In this document: positions 57,401-64,000 of the stretch, piece by piece
How the letters are laid out: the number at the start of each line of letters is the position of its first letter
How positions within the stretch are numbered: position 1 is the first letter of the stretch
Assembly: GCA_000320545.1 (NCBI GenBank)
Contig: ADNK01001509.1
Coordinates: forward strand, 74,004 to 138,003
Source: Bigelowiella natans CCMP2755
Taxonomy: Eukaryota > Protista > Cercozoa
Length of the DNA stretch: 64,000 nucleotides
Reading direction: 5' to 3'
Notes under the pieces: generated by a model
Databases searched by the model: none
Seen by the model: only the letters and a program-made list of their open reading frames with translations
Told to the model about the DNA's origin: nothing
Program-made: the position numbers and the translations under genes

Positions 57401-57495
57401 AGCACATAAGCATTTGATGTATATGTTTTACACATCGAATACCTAGTTAGTCTTTATGCATACCAATAACATATACATCCACAACAACAAAAATT

Positions 57496-57580
<85 letters not shown>

Positions 57581-57758
57581 CAATTGAAAATATTTAATCA
57601 CTTCATTACATCCGTCTCATATACACACATGTGCCGATGCGCATCTGGCTAGCTATAGAGAGATACGTATATACCGGTCAGGGCGAACTTGCTACAATGA
57701 TTTGCAACTAGACTACATTTCCAACTACAATGTACTGCATGCACATAATAGATGCACT

Positions 57759-57804
<46 letters not shown>

Positions 57805-57826
57805 TTTAATCAACCGGCCGCACCGA

Positions 57827-57866
<40 letters not shown>

Positions 57867-58001
57867 ACATATATGTTGTTTTTCTGTACCACATCAGCAA
57901 CTTCTCTCATTCTTTCTCTCACCAATGAAATAGTTAACAAATATGGTTCATCAAAGTTTGAACCTCTTTCTTTATCTGCTATCTGCGATCCCATCGATGT
58001 A

Positions 58002-59231
58002 TTAATCTTGATCATGGTCATCTGAAAAATCATCTGTGTTTATATCATCCGAATCTTCATATTCATATTCATCTTCTTCAAGATCCTCATCCTCGTCCAC
58101 ATAATCTTCCAGATCGATGCTATCATATTTGTCCTTGCCCTTATTTTCCTCCTTAGCTTCCTGAACGATGATATGCAAATATTTAAAAAACTTACAAAAA
58201 AAAATCGGCAAAGACGAAGGGAGTGCACCGTAATGATCGCAGACAAATCGAGATACGATATGATGGTCCCACTCGCAGAATCAATCAAAGATGTTTGATC
58301 AGTAATTATCTTTCGCATATCCTATGGAAGGGTGGTAAGGAAGTCATTTCAATATTATCATAAACCACTCACATTAGGCACAGAAAACGTGTGCAAGTTT
58401 AAATTGAAGGCTGCTATATGTGTTTTTTTCCATGTCCCCCTATCGTCTCTTGGTTGGCGTGTCTATCTCTTCCAAACAACCTCTAGTCGCTCCTTGTGCG
58501 CGATTGTTGCGACTGTGATCATGCTGCACGAACTCCGGCTCATTAGTTCCAATGGCGAGTGCTTGATCTCTCTGTTGTGAAACTCGGCACCTAAGATTCA
58601 AGGAAGAAACCAAAACTGAGGATACAGTAAACTCTTTCTGTTGATAGCAAGCTGCTGTATCAAATAGGTTAATTCAGATTGTCCATCAATATGGGAACAA
58701 CTGTGGTATCAATAGTGACGACCGCATCAATGATAATAGGAATTAAAGATTTGTAATATCGTGTGATGTTGTCTGCATATAAATATACAGCTTACCTGCA
58801 CGTATGAGAGAGGCGATGATAGACTCAACATCTTCCTGATCCTTAGCCTCTGCGAGATCAAGCCTCCGGAGTACCATTTCTTGCAGCACCGACGTTCGCT
58901 GTCATTAGCAAGCATCATTTTCACCATGATTTTCACCATCATCATTATCATCATTGTTATCGTCAAGGACAAAAAGTATGCAGTCTCCCATGGACCCTTC
59001 TCCTCACTACATACTTTTCCAGAGAGACTGCCGTTGTAGGACTCAGTGTTAGCATCTGCATGCGCGTTCAGCAAGAGTGCGACCTACGTTTCACCGACAA
59101 CAAGTTAATGATCTTCGATTTAGTAAAAAAAATAGATACAACGCGCCCTTTCCTCTCAGCAATGTGATTATCTTACAGTGTTTAGACAGTGCGCTGTGTT
59201 CTCAGATGTAAGTTACGATTATATGTAGATC

Positions 59232-59266
<35 letters not shown>

Positions 59267-59480
59267 ACGGGTGATAGTGTGGATGCAGATGTTCCAACCG
59301 TGTCTACGTGATAACGGTTTGCTGCACAAAACAGAGCCGTTTCCGCACTATAATTAGAACTGGTGGCTTCCAAATTCGCTTTCTTATCACATAAAATCCG
59401 CACAATATCGCGATAGCCTTCAATATACAAATAATAACAATAACAACAATATTATTAGTAATAATACGGTGAAAGAGTAG

Positions 59481-59524
<44 letters not shown>

Positions 59525-62500
59525 AACTATTCGAGGAGTTGCGAAAAAGTTGCGAAGAATACCATCACTCAATAATGGTTACTGACCCCTCCCATTACCT
59601 TGATTTGCAGCGAAGATTAATGCCGTGCATCCCTCTAGATTGACGAAAGCTGACTGCTCAATACCAAAATGGACCCTTTTAAATACCTAATATGATTAGC
59701 AGTAGCCCTTCAGAAAACCACTCTCCTATTATCGTAATAGTATTTTAATATCATACAAATGTCAAGAAAATGCACAATATTACTTTGGCGCCTTTTTGTA
59801 GAATTGACGTGTGGATCGGAACATCGATGGGAAATCCGGCTTCTACTAGCGTCGATACCCCTATAATATCCCTGTATAACGGCATCATCATCATCATCAT
59901 CGTCATCGTCATCATCAATAAAATATCTTAAATCGGGGTTGTGATCAACAGAAAGAGATATACTCTATCACGTGATGACATCATTGAATTACTCTATCAT
60001 TCATCTACATTCTCATCCGACAGCAGCTAATCACAAACACAAACAGGGGAAACTGCATTTATATCCGCTAAGCAAGGAGAGTCAAAAGAGCCAACAAAGT
60101 AGATGCATGATGATGATGATCTTCTTTGGAAATAACAATGATCTATTTCTGGTTTCATCATTGTAGTTTCGGTGTCCTTCTGCTGCTGCTACTACTACTA
60201 CTGCTACTACTACTACTACTACTACTACTACTATTACTATTACTACTACTAGAGCAACTACCCTTCATCCAAGGCCTGACACCATACTTTAAAGATCATC
60301 AAGCAAACAAAGCCTACATCCGAAGCGCAGACCGTCTTATTCTTCTTCAAAAACTCTTCATCTGTTAATTTGTCCTCGGGTGAGGATTCCTTGCGTGAGG
60401 ATTTGGATGACTTGGAAGATTTGATGATCTCGAAAATTTCCTCCCAGAATGGCCTTTTTTTCTTCCCTGCGAATCGTAGGCCATGGTGCAAGAGTCTCAC
60501 CGCATCCGCCAGGTAGGACACATTGACGTCAATGCCTTGTACCATTGCTTGCTTCAGTTCCGAAAACAAGGACCATGATGAAGAAGAAGGCGGAGATGAT
60601 GACAAAGTAGTCTCCCCCCCCTCTCCTTTACTGCCACCCTGTGGTGAGAGGGTAGGAAAAACGAGACAGGTCACCATGATTATCATCATCATCATCATCA
60701 GCATGTTTATTATCTGTTGTTTGCTGGTTGCATACATATGGGTAACTAACTACTCAATATCGCGATGTTGATGATGATGGTGACGACGATATAATGATGA
60801 GCGAAAGGGGTGTTTGTCCTTGCTCCTACCGTTGCTACTGTGGAAGACTTTTCACTAGTATTAGAGGCAGAGCCGTCCTTCACCTTCAGCTTCTTCGCCT
60901 TTGGTGCATCACGTTTCTTTTCGCCACCGTCATTGCAGTTATCGTACTTGTTGTCGTCGCGCAGATGGCAGAACCCTTATAAACGTATGAATCGTTATAC
61001 AGCTTTCAATCGCACCAAGCATAGGAGCCCAAGTATTGCTAGTTTCCCAATCACTGTTGACTTATCAATAATACTACTATCGCTTGGTAGCTGTAGGGAG
61101 GGGCTGGGGAGGGCTGATCACTACCTCGCTTCTGGTAAATCTGCATGCAATCCGTGAGCCACTTTGGGTGAAGGTCGGAAAAAATGCTATCCAACTCACT
61201 GATCTGATGAGAAAAATGAGGATGATGATGATGATGATGATGATGATGCTGATGAATATGGAGAAATGGTAGCGGTGATAATGGTGGTGCGAGGATCATA
61301 TACTATTGAGTCTCATTTGAGAAGAAAAGATCAGAAGAGAAAAGGACATATTGTGGGTCTGCTGCTATTACCATTTTAGTTCTAATAATTGCAAGAATAA
61401 TTATAATAGTAATAATTATAGCAATTATTGTTAGTTATTAAAATTTCTTAATAGTCTATTATTATTGTTATTCTGGCTTCTTCCTCCTCTCTTCTTTTAA
61501 ATTCATCAATACCCTGTCGAGTCCATTTGACACTTCTTTGATCACTTTCTTGTATCTAACCGTTTGGATCAAAAACCTACAGTAGTTCACCGTTAAATTA
61601 GTGGTATACGAGACAAATTATTATGCACAGTTGCAACTTAGTTAATAGTATGTATTCAATCACAGGTGATAGATGTCAAGGGCCTCATCAGCATGGGCAG
61701 CAGCAATAGCAGCAGCCATAGTTGGTGCTATTAATATTTGTATCAAGTAGTGCCTGCTGCATAAAGCTAATAATGTATGTTTCATACCAGCGAAGACAGT
61801 CTGAAAATAGCCACTGCTTGTATTTATGGAAATCGTCCAAGCCGGTCACAATTATGCTGGGGGATAGTTGGATTATATATGTGGAAGTATATGTTGTTGC
61901 AGCGCACATGTTCAATCAAGAATTGGCCGTTGTTGGAGGTATTGTGAGAAGCTTCATTATCGGCATCATCATCATCATCATCTTCTTCTTCTTCTTCTTC
62001 TTTCACTTGATAATGTTGCAAATCTGATCGATTTAAATCGCTCACTGTGATAGAAGCTCGTCTGCAAGAGTGAATTCGAAAGATTCTTCGTCTGTGCTAA
62101 CGTATAAGATATCGTCCCTCTCGTCGCCTAGGATAAAGAACTAAGCGTACAGCTTATACGATCCCAGTAAGCATATTATCGACACCCACACCGTCGTCAC
62201 AACTTGATGACGAGAATAAATAAGCAAGCGTGTCATCTAGCTTATTTGGTAGCAATGAGCGCACCGATACATTTTATACATTAAATTAAAAAAAAAAACA
62301 TTGTGATGCTATGCTAGGATGTACGTACTAGATGCAAATGACGTGGAGAGGTCCCCGTATATTAGCTCAACTGCATTCGTAGTATCATCCTTTGCATCCG
62401 CTGCAGAATGTCTCTCCTCATCCCCAATCTCCTCTTCATCAGAATGTCTATCCTCATCCCCAATCTCCTCTTCATCTTCTATGTGTATTACAGTCCTCCT

Positions 62501-62590
62501 CTTGATATCTGCTCCCTCATCCTCCTCGCCTTCGTCGTCAGAGTCCACCAAAACGCGTTTACGCTTCCGAGAGGTATTCGGAGAGGCCAT
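58002..62590 (-). CDS. Ankyrin-repeat protein with NLS-like N-terminus and acidic termini
   Basis: Begins MASPNTSRKRKR. Ankyrin exons GCTALIFAANQGYRDIVRILCDKKANLE and ETALFCAANRYHVDTVALLLNAHADAN. Acidic tail ...DDFSDDHDQD* at 58002. Middle exons only partly resolved. Confidence 0.7.
62404..62475. repeat. 36-bp tandem duplication within ankyrin gene exon 1
   Basis: cagaatgtct(c/a)tcctcatccccaatctcctcttcat x2 with one mismatch; encodes DEEEIGDE(D/E)RHS twice. Confidence 0.9.
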
Positions 62591-62782
62591 GGGATCTCTC
62601 CTCAGATTTCATTTCCCTGTTAAATGTATGGCGTTTCATCTATGCGACAAGGAAGAATGTCTCTGTAATCAAGGAATATGTAAACTATGGTCAAACATCG
62701 TCCATTTTTAGCATATCTTCATCGTTCTCAAAGCAACAAAAACAACAACAGCAACAACTAAGACAACTAAGGTTTTGCCTCG

Positions 62783-64000
62783 ATGGGAGGGGGCGGAAAG
62801 AAGAAGAAGAAGAAAGGGGGGGGAGACATCGCTCTTTCTGAACTGCTGAAGCTGACTCAAGCCACCCTGAACAAGCTTTCGGAGAGAGATGAGCACCCAG
62901 AATGTGTTGTTTCCTTCGAGCGCGAGGTAAGGATGGAACCACCGCCGGATGATATAGATATCTCACCTAAGATCTGTCTAACGATCGACCATGGAATATT
63001 CAATGATAAAGCCACTGGGAGTGATAAGTGTATTGATAGTGTTGCAATGCTGTCTGAACTTCCACTTTACAGATGCGAAAGCTTCAGGCACAGTTTGAGC
63101 TACTTGAGGATCTAACGGAAAACGTCGAACTGCCGGGGCACGTGAAGTAATGATACAACCGCACCTTTCACTCATTGCATTCTGATGCACATGATTTATC
63201 CATCTTCATTCACAATCGTCATCTCGCAAATGGCGACTTCTTCGTGATGCTCGGGTTCAACTGTTTAAAACATTATCATTCCAAATTACTGCAGAACGAG
63301 GCTTTCGGAGATCGTGGAGGAGGTTGAGGACTGCAACGACTATATGGAAGAGAAAAAACAGCAGCTCAGTCGCGACAGCACTCGTTGGGTTTCATATGTA
63401 AGGAAATTCATGATGAATGAATACACATGTCACGAACGCAAAGCACGAAAGTCCCAAACATCTGCTCAATCAATACGCATGGAATCCACTTTTCTCTAGA
63501 ACACCACCATATGGTGGTTGACAAAGACGAAATCAATTGATTTTAAAAAAATGGCCAGGTTCCAATTGTGAAGCCAGCTATCAAGTCGCTTGCACCAGCA
63601 GCCGGGATGTACCTCGCTATGAAGGCCAATTTGGTAGTAAGAAGCGATGAACAAATCAAGATATGTTAGTACAAACATTCGTTCCACCACGTGCTCACTT
63701 CTACCATGTACAAACTTTGGCCAGAGCAACCTTGTGTTAACGATGCCCATTTTTGTTCGTATTCCGATCGTTGTTCTTCATCATCACTATCATCATCATC
63801 TTCCGTCGCTATATCATCATCGTCGTCACCATCGTTCTCTTTTAACTGACATGTACATCATATATCAGCCCTATTTAATGGTTTTCGCCATGATCTGCGG
63901 AGTTATCTTTATGATTTTCTTTCCATCGTACTATCATGAGTTGTCGGACGCATGGGAGGATGTCTTGGGTAATCATTGCGCCTCATCGCCAACTTTCTCC
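62783..64000 (+). CDS. Hypothetical multi-exon protein, 3'-truncated
   Basis: ATG 62783 MGGGGKKKKKK...VSFERE followed by GTAAGG donor. Further exon-like segments near 63296-63388 and 63558-63632. Confidence 0.5.

Overview
This is eukaryotic nuclear DNA: gene-dense, with many short GT-AG introns that are often packed with microsatellites. A plastid cyclophilin with a signal + transit + twin-arginine presequence points to an alga with a secondary plastid, most plausibly a chlorarachniophyte (inference). Manual splicing gives 18 protein-coding genes: an OPR/FAST-like repeat protein, a secreted tandem SnoaL-like protein, a bacterial-type SMI1/KNR4 fused to an HhH domain, two protein kinases, an SH3-like triple-repeat protein, a six-exon DUF202/VTC1-like gene mostly absent from the ORF track, a P4-ATPase flippase, a 2OG-Fe(II) dioxygenase, the PP2A catalytic subunit, cytosolic GluRS, a LysM protein, CYP26-2, an ACBP-ankyrin protein, an ankyrin protein and three unknowns. 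The most striking signal is architectural. Genes 2-18 alternate strand without exception. Each of the 8 tail-to-tail junctions holds a 0.5-0.9 kb non-coding block dense in short palindromes (CTAG/AGCT/CATG/TGCA), with perfect 10-17 bp palindromes in most blocks; none of the 8 head-to-head junctions has one. The only tandem junction holds a related block that has lost almost all TpA dinucleotides. This suggests a sequence- or modification-marked termination zone system. No rRNA, tRNA, CRISPR or recognisable transposase was seen. Exon models and counts were made by hand and need RNA-seq confirmation.
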